Part shown: one piece after another, positions 49,087-59,625 of the stretch | How the letters are laid out: every line of letters begins with the position of its first letter | Position numbering within the stretch: the first letter of the stretch is position 1 | From: Octopus sinensis | Taxonomy: Eukaryota | Length of the DNA stretch: 64,000 bases | NCBI RefSeq assembly: GCF_006345805.1 | Contig: NC_043013.1 | Span: forward strand, 17,174,001 to 17,238,000 | Direction of reading: 5' to 3' | Position numbers and translations under genes: made by a program | The notes under the pieces: generated by a model | Seen by the model: the letters and a program-made list of their open reading frames with translations, nothing else | What the model was told of the DNA's origin: nothing | Database searches by the model: none

Positions 49087-49191
49087 GAGAATCTAGTGGA
49101 AAGCAAACACCACAAACTTGTGAGAAGCCTTCGACGTGGTCCAACGGATCGTGACATGAAACCAGATGCTAAAACAAGGGACCACCTCAAT
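49087..49191 (+). CDS. PIK3C3: Vps34 coding exon 7
   Basis: [35 protein letters not shown]; ttgtAG acceptor, AAT|GTAAGT donor; 105 bp. Confidence 0.96.
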
Positions 49192-49567
49192 GTAAGTTCT
49201 TCAGCAACTGTATCCCTTCTTTCTTTTTAAGTCATTATCTTTCAAATGTCTTCATCTTTTCTTATCTTCCTCTGTCATTCTCATCATCATCCTCCACATT
49301 GTTATCCTGTCTTTACCACCACCGTTATTATAATTGCCATAATCATTATTGTCATCATCATCATCATCATTTTTATTCTTCTTTCATCATCTGCCGTCAT
49401 AATCCTTCTCGGTTATTTCATGTTGTTGTCATCTTAAGTCATTTTCTCCTGATTTAATCCCTTGCTGTATATATATAGGGAGAGTTTACGAAAAAAACAA
49501 AAGACGAAGACAGGTGGTGTACAAAACAAACAGATGTATTAGTATAACGTTCAGGAATAGAAAATGT

Positions 49568-49606
49568 CTTTTACATTTCGAGCCTATGCTCTTCTACTAC
49601 AGAAAG
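49568..49606 (-). ncRNA. Minimal hammerhead-like relic (CG-loop III type)
   Basis: CTTT-CTGTAGTAGA-A-GAGC ATAG GCTC-GAAA-TG-TA-AAAG. Stems I and II intact, core disrupted. Confidence 0.42.
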
Positions 49607-50364
49607 GGACACAGAAAAAACAAGGAGAGAAAAAAAAAGTGGCTAACGATCTATCATGGCAACTGACCCTGACAAGGCAACAAGAGATTCCTTTGTAATT
49701 GGTTCCTCTGAAAATAGCAACCAAATAACCCTCATATCATATTCTACTATATTAAAGAAAGAAGACTACTTTACATAATGAAATACCTGACAAGATGGCC
49801 ATAATTGAGATGCACTGTCATGTCAGGGTTGTCCGGGGACTAAACAGCAACATAGTCTCCTAAGAGCCAGGGTCAGTTTTCTGTCTCACAACACCTCTGC
49901 TGATGATAAGTGTCATTGTGTTTGGCCATTATCACAGATAGGGCACCACTTCTAATGGTTACTTATGGCCACACTGTTTCACAAATGCAATAACTAATAG
50001 GGGTGCTGAGCTAGGGTGGGTGGATTATGGTATGAGATATAATTATCATGGTTTAATCATATGACTGGCTTAGAAAAATGTGAAGTTGTAACATTCAGAA
50101 TTTTCTTGTATGTAATTTCAATTATTATGCTTTAAACCCCTTTCTTTTTTATATTTCTGTTAAAATATACTGCTTTTGTTCAAATTATTTTTGATTATAA
50201 TGAAGACTTCAGCAACATAAACTTATTGTTATCAAACTGTTAACTGGAACGTGAACTGACATAAATTTTTAGTGCGTGCTTTTAATGTTTGCATTATAGA
50301 ACCCAGAATGGTCTGAGGTGGAGTGGTTATCAAAAAGGTTAATCAAAAAATCAAAAATCATGAC

Positions 50365-50490
50365 TGCTGAAGACATGTGTAGGCTTGAAAGAAATGAAGC
50401 TAGCATGATCTGCTGGATGTGTAATGTCAATGTGCACCCATGACAGAGTGTAAGCACTCTGAGAGAAATGTTGGACATAAGAAGAATCTT
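50365..50490 (+). mobile_element. RTE RT fragment
   Basis: MTAEDMCRLERNEASMICWMCNVNV...LREMLDIRRI. Confidence 0.7.
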
Positions 50491-50496
50491 ATGGGG

Positions 50497-50677
50497 CTTC
50501 CTGTATGACACACGCACACAGTGAGTGGATGATGATGTGTGTATGTTATTGTGTGTGCATGCATGCATGCATATACACACACACACACACACAATATATA
50601 TATATATGCATGCATGCACATACAATAACATACACACACCATCATCCACTCACTGTGTGCGTGTGTCATACAGGAAG
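50497..50677. repeat. 72-bp inverted repeat (70/72 match) with 37-nt spacer
   Basis: Arms 50497-50568 and 50606-50677; the ORF track shows the same peptide MTHAHSEWM on both strands. Confidence 0.95.
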
Positions 50678-51177
50678 TGGATGGTAAAATGATTAGTGCA
50701 TTGAGCCCAAAGCCCCATAAGATTCTGTTTTCATCACTTTATGCAATCATTTCAAATCTCACTCTGGTTCGCCTTGCTTTTTATCCTTCTGATGTTCATT
50801 AAATAAATTAATATAACTAAGCTCTAGAAAACAATGCCACAGTATGGCCACACTTCAGTGTTTGCCACCATCATCATTTTACGTCCATTTTCCAAGCTGG
50901 CATGGGTTGGATGGTTTGACAGGAGCTGATGCAGCTAGAGAGCTGCGCAGGCTCCAGTTGTCTATCATGGCATGCCTTCTGCAGCTGGATGCCCTTCCCA
51001 ATGTCAACCACTTTACAGGTGTGTTCAACTATTTTATACCTAATATTCTAAAATAATACATACCTAAAATAAATTTAATTAAACTATAGCAACACAACAC
51101 ACAAATGAATATTATTAACTATTATAATAAAAAGAATAAAATTAAATAACCTATTTTATACTCAAATATGCTATCCA

Positions 51178-51428
51178 CATGGCACCGGCATGGGTGCCTT
51201 CCATGTCGCACTGGACGGGTGCTTTCTGTGTGACACCAACATGGCTGCTTTCCACATGGCACCGGCACAGGTGATTTCCACATGACACCGGCACGGGTCC
51301 TTTCCATGTGACACCGGCACAGGTGCTTACCACGTGGCACTAGCACAGATGCTTTCCATGTGGAACCAGTGTGGCTGCTTTCTGCGTGGCACCAGCATGG
51401 GTGCTTTTTTATGTGGCACCAGCACCAT
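51178..51428. repeat. 26-bp minisatellite, about 10 degenerate copies
   Basis: Unit catggcaccggcacaggtgatttcca. Confidence 0.85.
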
Positions 51429-51753
51429 TAAAAGACTAAAAAAAAGTATTTGTGGTGAAAGAGAAAACTGAGGTGGTTCCAGCCAGGGATTGAAACTGCA
51501 CCCAAAGTCTCTTGAACATATGTCTGCATGTTTTACTCTGAACTGGTTGTTATAGAAATTATTGTTGTTTGATTAAAAGCCAAGTAATTGCAATTAAAAC
51601 AAGAGTCAGAACAGCAACAATAGTTGATCTGTTCAGTCTCATGATGTGGTGACACAGCTGGTAGGAATTTGACACAGCTAGGCCATTGTGGAAACAAAAG
51701 GAAGATCCTGCTCATAGAATAATAACGAGTTTCATAATAGCAATCAAAATTGT

Positions 51754-51792
<39 letters not shown>

Positions 51793-52067
51793 GTTGTTTG
51801 TTTACAGTTACAAAAACCTAAATATACATTCATGGTTGAAATGAGTAGGTTCTCAACTGTGTATACATAGAAAGAGAAAGAAAGAACATTGTCTTTCAGT
51901 TTCCATCAACCAAATCCACTAAAATAGCTTTGATTGGCATGTGGCTTTCGTAGAAGAAATCTGTCCAAGGTGCCAACCGCCGGAATGGAACCTAGAACCA
52001 TGTGACTTCAAAGCAAACTTCTCAGCCACATAGTCATACGTGCCCCTATATAGATGTATGTGTCTTT

Positions 52068-52302
52068 AAGGCGGCGAGCTGGCAGAAACATTAGCACGCC
52101 AGGCGAAATGCATAACCGTATTTTGTCTGCCGTTACGTTCTGGGTTCAAATTCCGCCAAGGTTGACTTTGCCTTTCATCCTTTCGGGGTCGATTAAATAA
52201 GTACCAGTTACGCACTGGGGTCAATATAATCGACTTAATTCGTTTGTCTGTCCTTGTTTGTCCCCGCTGTGTTTAGCCCCTTGTGGGTAGTAAAGAAATA
52301 GG
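52068..52302 (+). mobile_element. SINE family A with perfect 19-bp target-site duplication
   Basis: tatagatgtatgtgtcttt at 52049-52067 and 52303-52321. Confidence 0.92.
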
Positions 52303-52663
52303 TATAGATGTATGTGTCTTTGTGAGTTTATTTATATTTCCCATCATCTCAACATGTGGTTGCTGATTGTAAACAAAACTCAAATAGTGTCACTTGTTTC
52401 CGTTTCTCCTCATTACCAAGTCTGGGCTGTTTGATAGAATGGAATGTTATTACCTTGCCTGGAAACAGGTGATGGCTGATGTGACATAGGGCACCTTGCT
52501 TGAGATAGGGCATCTTGCTATAGCAGTGTTCCAATGTAAACTCTTCTAACTCATGGATGTATGGAAAAGTTGATACAGTTCTATATTTAAGAGATGAGGA
52601 ATTATGTACATTGTTTACATTATTTACATTTGACGGATATTTGTCCTCATTTTGTTTGTTGTT

Positions 52664-52706
52664 AACACATTTCGGCTGATATACTCTCCAGCCTTCATCA
52701 GGTGTC
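52664..52706 (-). ncRNA. Minimal hammerhead-like motif
   Basis: GACAC-CTGATGA-A-GGCTG gagagtatat CAGCC-GAAA-TGTGTT. Core and 5-bp stem II intact; stem III/cleavage region appears to have lost about 3 nt. Confidence 0.55.
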
Positions 52707-52986
52707 TTGGGGAAATTTCGAACCTAGGTTCTCATCCCTAAGGTATTTTTCAATTTTATTATTATTATTATCATTATTATTATTATTATTATTATTCAGG
52801 TCACTGCCTGGAATTGAACTCAGATATGGCATAGTGGTTAAGAGCGTGGGCTATTAACTTCAAGATTCTGAGTTCAATTCCAGGCAGTGATCTGAATAAT
52901 AATAATAATAATGATAACATCAAAAAATACTTTAGGAATGAGAACCCCGGTTTGAAATTTCCCCAAGACACCTGAGCAATGGGAAA

Positions 52987-53023
52987 GTCTTGACATTTTG
53001 AGCCTACACTCTTCATCAGAGAG
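52987..53023 (-). ncRNA. Minimal hammerhead-like relic, same family as 49568
   Basis: CTGATGA-A-GAGT GTAG GCTC-AAAA-TG-TC-AAGAC; GAAA->AAAA and CG->TG are consistent with CpG decay. Confidence 0.45.
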
Positions 53024-53062
53024 GATTGAGAACAAAAAAAATGAAGAGAGAATGATAAAAAA

Positions 53063-53098
<36 letters not shown>

Positions 53099-53235
53099 AG
53101 AGTAAGCACATAAAGGCGAAACATGGTGGAAAAAATAGTACTCGAATACCAGAGGTAGAGTAATATGCTTTATTAAAAAGCAGCAAAAATATCACAAAAA
53201 CTGTAATATTTTGTGATATTTTTGCTGCTTTTTAA

Positions 53236-53456
53236 CCCTTTAGCATTTAAACCGACCATATCCGGCCAAAAGTATTCTACTTGTTTTATGTTCAAACTGG
53301 CCAGATCTGGTCTCTCACACCAGCCCTACAATATCGTTTTAAAAATTAACAGCTACCTCATCAAAATCTCATAGCTCCAAGATAATGCCTGATTAGTTCA
53401 AGGTAATGTTGATAAAAAAGGATTAATTTTGGCAGAATAATGCGAACACTAAAGGG
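53236..53456. mobile_element. TTAA-flanked MITE (piggyBac-like), 221 bp
   Basis: TTAA|CCCTTTAG...CTAAAGGG|TTAA; a related inverted fragment lies at about 19590-19686. Confidence 0.7.
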
Positions 53457-53508
53457 TTAATAAAGTTTACACACACACATAATCATTGGTGTATTTCTTT
53501 CATTGTAG

Positions 53509-53601
53509 GCTATCTGCAGTTATCCCTCTACGAAAGCTTTAACATCAGAAGAACAAGATTTAGTTTGGAAATTCCGTTTTTACCTCAGTAGTCAAAAGAA
53601 G
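53509..53601 (+). CDS. PIK3C3: Vps34 coding exon 8 (helical domain)
   Basis: [31 protein letters not shown]; cattgtAG acceptor, AAG|GTAAGT donor; 93 bp. Confidence 0.96.
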
Positions 53602-54164
53602 GTAAGTAGTTGTTGTTGTGATGAGTTGTAGCAATGTTGTCAGTGTGGGGTGGGAATTTGTTGTCGTGGGTGTTGTGATGGTGGGGCTGGAGGGAGTGTT
53701 GTAGTTTTTCCTCTTCCTCCTCCTCCAGTCCATTCTGCCAAGAATCAAATATCTCTTGAACTCTTGAAATATGTAAAAAGGATTATATTAATGGTTTGGT
53801 TTGAAGAGGTGGGAAGAGGCAACATTTCTGACCATTTCCAAAGGGTCTTTGTCAGTGATAGGAGAAAGGAGACAGTAATTTTCAGATACCAAACCTGGGT
53901 CGATTACTTGGAGCAGACTATATTCTATTAAAGAAACCCAAGAAACAGCTAATGGTGCCTTGAAACTGGACAAAAATTAACTCTGCCATTCAAGAACAAC
54001 AAATTCAGTAAAGTTTTCCTTCTCTCATATTTCAGTCTCAAGTAATTGCAATTAAAAACAGCAACAACAGCAATATTAATTGCAGTTGAACACAGCAACA
54101 ATAGCTAAACAAGGATTTATTTTTATTTTTATATCATCAGGTAAATGAGTGTTTGATTAGGTGG

Positions 54165-54697
54165 CAGTACTGGGTACATGTACCTCTTATAAACAAGGTG
54201 CTGGGTTCATGTACCTCACAAGGTCACACTGTTGGGTACATACTCCTCAGAAAGACACAGTACTGGGTACATGTACCTCTTATAAGCAAGGTGCTGAGTT
54301 TATGTACCTCACAGGGTCACATTGTTGGGTACATACTCCTCAGAAAGACACAGTGTTGGGTGCACATACTTCTTATGAACACTTGTGTATGTGTACCTCT
54401 TAGGAACACAGTGCTGAGTACATGTACATCATGCAATACACAGCACTGAGTAATGTACCTCTTATGAACACTACTGGGTGCATGTATCAAGTACTCGCAG
54501 TACAGTGTACATGTACTTCACAAGGACACAGTACTGGGTACTTCTATCTCTTATGAACACTGCTTGATACATGTACCGCATAGATACACAGGGACAAAGT
54601 GCTGGATAACTGTACCATAAAAGAAACAGTCTTGGGTACATGTACCTCAAAAAAAATAATTATAAAGTGCTGGATACATGTACTTCATAGGGACACA
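54165..54697. repeat. 31-bp minisatellite with 93-bp higher-order structure
   Basis: Monomers such as cagtactgggtacatgtacctcttataaaca; the first six form two near-identical trimers (31-aa periodic ORF). Confidence 0.88.
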
Positions 54698-54968
54698 ATG
54701 CAAGCATATAAGAGAGCTATGCAGTCGCTCAGCCATATAGAAATTCTCTTATAGAAGTCAAATTGTCTTCAAATTACACCTTACTATCTTTAAAATAAGA
54801 AAGGACACATTAAATAAGCTAATCCTAGATAGACTATGCCTGAAAAAATGAGATGGTTATGGGTGAAACACTTTCTATAAAGATTTAACTAGGGCTAAAC
54901 AATTACAACACTAATAAAAGATTTACTAAGGCTACAGTTTCCATGACAGTAAAGCTTATTATTATTAA

Positions 54969-55181
54969 GGCGGCAGGCTGGCAGAATCATTAGCATACCA
55001 GGCAAAATGCTTAGCAGCATTTCATCTAGCTTTACGTTTTGAGTTCAAATCCCACGGAGGTCAGTTTTACATTTCATCCTTTTGGGATCAATAAATTAAG
55101 TACCAGTTACACACTGGGGTTGATGTAATTGACTCGTCACCTCCCCCAAATTTCGGGACTTGTGCCTATAATAGAAAGGAC

Positions 55182-55229
<48 letters not shown>

Positions 55230-55706
55230 GGTGGTGAGCTAGCAGAAATGATAGCACACCAGGCAAAATACTTAGCTGTATGTCATTTGACACTATGTTT
55301 TGAGTTCAAATTCTGCCAAGGTCGATTTTTGCCTTTCATACTTTCAGAGCCAATGAATTAAGTACCAGTGAAACTTTAAGGTCAATGGAATCAACTTGTC
55401 CCCTCCCACAAAATTTCAGGCTTTGTGCTTTTAGTAGAGAGGATTATTATTATTATTATTATTATTAAAAAAAAAAAAAAAAGCAGCAAGCTGGCAGAAT
55501 CATTAGCACACCGGACAAAGTACTTAGCAGGTATTTTTTCAAGCTTTACATTCTGAGTTCAAATTCCACCAAGATCAACTTTATCTTTTGTCCTTTCAGG
55601 GTCAATAAAATAACTAACAACCAGTCAAGCACTGGGGTCAGTGTAATTGACCAGCTCTCTGCCCTCAAAATTTCAGACCTTGTGTCTTTAGTAGAAGAAA
55701 ATTATT
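54969..55706 (+). mobile_element. Head-to-tail array of three short-form SINE A copies separated by (TTA)n
   Basis: Three heads aaggc/gtgg..gctggcagaatc at about 54969, 55229 and 55483. Confidence 0.85.
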
Positions 55707-55811
55707 CTTTCGTTCTGGAAATATCTATGGCTGATTACATTTTTTTTATCGTTATGGCTTCTTTTGTTTGTTGTTGTTGTTAATTAATTTCACTTTCTTC
55801 TCTTCTTGCAG

Positions 55812-55997
55812 GCCTTAACAAAGTTTCTGAAATGTGTCAACTGGAGTTTGCCTCAAGAAGTAAAACAAGCTCTCGAGCTCCTTCTCAAGTGGAACCCAAT
55901 GGATGTAGAAGACGCTCTTGAGCTTTTCTCACCTGCATTCACCCATCCTGCTGTCCGAAAATATGCTGTGTCTCGTTTAGCCCAGGCTGATGATGAG
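55812..55997 (+). CDS. PIK3C3: Vps34 coding exon 9
   Basis: [40 protein letters not shown]...[12 protein letters not shown]; ttcttgcAG acceptor, GAG|GTAAGC donor; 186 bp. Confidence 0.97.
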
Positions 55998-56099
55998 GTA
56001 AGCTAACACAAACTGCTGTGTTTGTGCATGTGGTGGGGTGGGGTGGGGTTCTGATATTGCATTATTATTCAGTACTTGAGTGAAATGGTATGATGTCAA

Positions 56100-56614
56100 G
56101 GCAGCGAGCTGGCAGAAGCTTTAGCACACCGGCCGGAATGCTTAGCGGTATTTCATCTGCCGCTACGTTCTGAGTTCAAATTCCGTCGAGGTCGACTTTG
56201 CCTTTCATCCTTTCATCATCATCATCATCATCATCATCATTTAACGTCCGCTTTCCATGCTAGCATGGGTTGGACGGTTCAACTGGGGTCTGGGGAGCCC
56301 GAAAGCTGCACCAGTCCAGTCAGATCTGGCAGTGTTTCTACAGCTGGATGCCCTTCCTAACGCCAACCACTCCGAGAGTGTAGTGGGTGATTTTATGTGC
56401 CACCGACACAGGTGCCAGACGAGGCTGGCAGACGGCCACGCTCGGATGGTGTTTTTATGTGCCACCGACACAGGTGCCAGATGAGGCTGGCAAACGGGGT
56501 CGATAAATTAAGTACCAGTTACGCACTGGAGTTGATATAATCGACTTAATCTGTTTGTCTGTCCTTGTTTGTCCCCTCTGTGTTTAGCCCCTTGTGGGTT
56601 GTAAAGAAATAGGT
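56100..56614 (+). mobile_element. SINE A interrupted by a nested family C insertion (56215-56494, minus)
   Basis: SINE A breaks at catcctttc and resumes at ggggtcgataaattaagtacc after the insert. Confidence 0.85.
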
Positions 56615-56965
56615 ATGATGTTGAGATTCTTTGTTAACATTACAACTGGTCACTGCGATTTCAAAGGCCTCTGGAATTAAATTAAATCCATTACTTGAGA
56701 AACAGGTGAGGGTTTGGTGGCAGGAAGAGCGTCCTGCTTGAGCTAAGTCCCTGTCCTGCCTGTGCTAGCATGGAAAAATAGATGTTAAATGAACAAATAT
56801 ATATGTGTATGTGTATTACCTTAAACTGTTATATATAAACCAGTTACTGTACCATGATCTCTGCACTGCTTTGTGCGTGTGTAAACATATATTAGTTCCG
56901 ACTGTTACATATAACCCAATAATTGTTCCACCATTTACTTCACCTAAGATGTTTCCTTGTGTATA

Positions 56966-57855
56966 CAAAGTGGTATCAAAAAGTTCCCAGACTAGTTCTG
57001 TAGCATGCCATCAGATGGCAGTACATGGCTGCAAGTGCAGTGAGAGCTATCAGTGACTTTCATGAAGCAGTGTGCTGAGTGTCATTGCTGTGTTTACTTC
57101 ACAAGTTATGAAATTTGTGTTTTTGTGGTCATGTGTATGCTGTAGTCTGTGATTTTGTCATGGACAGGAACAAAGTGCCAACATGAAATTTTGTGTTAAA
57201 TTTGAGAATTCTGCTACAGAGACATTGAGCATGCTTCAAGCTTATGGCAATGAGGCAATGCATTGTACACAATGTTTCTAGTAGCACAAGCACTTTAAGA
57301 GTAGAAGAATATCCTTGGAATATGATGAGCAAACTGGAAGACCTACCATGAGTGTCACCCCCAGAAATGTGGTATTGTGCATTGAGAATTCGGCCCCTAG
57401 AGCCAGACCATTGAGAGTTCTACTGTGACGTTTTGAAGCATTTGAGGGAAGACGGTGGGACAAAAGTGACTGGATCTGTGGAGTGCGAAGAATTGAATTC
57501 TTCACTGAGTTTGCCTCACCCATGAGCTTCTTGCCAAAAACAACATGGTATCACATCCACACCCACCCTATTCACCAGATTTAGCACCTGCAGACTTCCA
57601 TCTCTTCCCCAAGTTGAAAATGCATCTCAAAGGTCACCATATTAACACTGTTGTTGAGTTCCAGAGTGAATCATAGAAGGTCCTCAACTCACGGAAAACA
57701 GTTTCTGAGCCAGATTCCAAAGTGACAGGGATACTGGGACTGGTGTATTGCTGTGCAAGGTGACTGTTTTGAAGGAGATGATGATGAAACTTAGGTGAAT
57801 AAGTTATTTTTTATTAAACATAACTAGTCCAGGAACCTTTTAATAACCACCTTTG
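56966..57855 (+). mobile_element. Mariner transposon, internally deleted and degenerate
   Basis: TIRs caaagtggtatcaaaaagttcccagactagtt / aactagtccaggaaccttttaataaccacctttg; MKFCVKF-like N-terminus; HPPYSPDLAPADFHLFPKLKMHLKG at 57560 onward. Confidence 0.88.
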
Positions 57856-57937
57856 CTGTGTGTGTACATCTGTTACTTCAAGCTGTTATATAACCCAGTA
57901 ATTATTCCAACATCTACTTCACCTAAGATGTCTTACC

Positions 57938-57986
<49 letters not shown>

Positions 57987-58552
57987 CATATGTTGCTTTA
58001 AACTGTTATATAACCTTGTTACTTTTCTACCATCTGTTCATCTAAGGTGTCTTATTGTATATATATGTATTTATGTGTATACAAACATGTATATGTGTGT
58101 AAATGTGTATATACTTGTATGTGTGTATTTATGTTATGTGTATACATATGTTACTTTAAACTGTGATAAAACCCAGTTATTGTTCCACCATTCTGTTCAC
58201 CAAAAACGTCTTACTGTGTGTGTGGTGTGTGTGTATTATGTATATACATGGTACTTTGTGTGTGTGTGTGTGTACCAAAGATGTCATACTGAAAATGTCT
58301 TCAACTATTTAGTTCTGACATCAGTTGTTAGTTGTCGGAGCACTGCATCCTTCAAAACTTCCATGCTTCCTGACATTCGCCAACGCTACACCTGATTTTC
58401 TCCCCTCCATACACGCACTCCATACACTGTTCGCTTTCCAGGCATTTGTACATTACTGCATATGCTTTATATGCACTTTTGACAAGTTGTGGTGCACCTG
58501 AGCACTGTATACAATAATTTCATTATTATTATTATTATTTTTTATATTTCAG

Positions 58553-58692
58553 GATTTGCTCCTTTATCTGCTGCAACTGGTCCAGGCTCTCAAATATGAA
58601 AACTCTGAAGAAATTAGAAAGGGTTTCGAAACATCTCCGCCTCGAACGGAAACATCTGATGTGATGGAAGGAACAATTACAGAACGAGAACG
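58553..58692 (+). CDS. PIK3C3: Vps34 coding exon 10
   Basis: DLLLYLLQLVQALKYENSEEIRKGFE...TERE(R); tttcAG acceptor, CG|GTAAAA donor (phase 2). Confidence 0.93.
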
Positions 58693-59625
58693 GTAAAAAA
58701 AGGGGTTTCTTTAAAACATGTTTGACAATGAATAAGTGCAAAGGACTGAGTGTGTGAAGCAAATAGGGAGTAGTACAATGTTGCTTGTCAGCAGGATACT
58801 ATTGTTGTTGAGCACTAGGTTAAACCAGATCCAGTACAGCCATTGATGGAAAGCATTCTAACATTGCCTGTGTTTTTTGTATATCTGGTATTTCAGCAAA
58901 ACCCACAACTTGGTCTTACTACCCATGCTAAGAACTAGCGTCATTGGTTCTTGGACACGGGCAGTAGAACTCGTTTGTGAGTATCGTGAGTTTATAAGGT
59001 TTTGTTGTAGAATAGCTATATGGCTACTCACATTTAGAAGAAGAGAGGGTGGAAATGATTAGTAGGAGCTGCAAAGAGATAAATAGTGGTGATAAGAAAA
59101 GAATTTCTCTTGGCTCTGACTTAGTTCCTGGACCTAGAAATAATGATTCATTGTTCAGTATAAACAAAGTCTGATTTTTTTCTGGCCCTAGAAATAATGA
59201 TTCATTGTTTAGTATAATCAAATTCTGATTTCTAATTTTGACATTAGGGAAAGGTCATGGTTGATTAAACCAATGTCAGTTTATTACTGGTACTTACTTT
59301 ATTGATGTTGAAGGGTTTATAGACAGTGTGTTCTAGCAGGATTTGAACTCAGAATCTAAATGGCCATAAAGTCCCATAAATCTAATTTTTTATGGCATTC
59401 TACCATTTCTATCATTATTGTTGTCATCCCTCTACATCCATTTTTACACGCCAGCATGGGTTAGGCAGATCTGCTCAAGTGCACAGTCTCACTGCTTGTT
59501 ATCTCATTTTCTTAACTCTTCTGATACCAACCTGCCAGGGACTGTCCGTGGTTTTATGATACTTTCTGTATTAAAGTGATCTAAATTAAAACCTGTCAAA
59601 ATTTCACGTTAATTTATGTGCCAAA

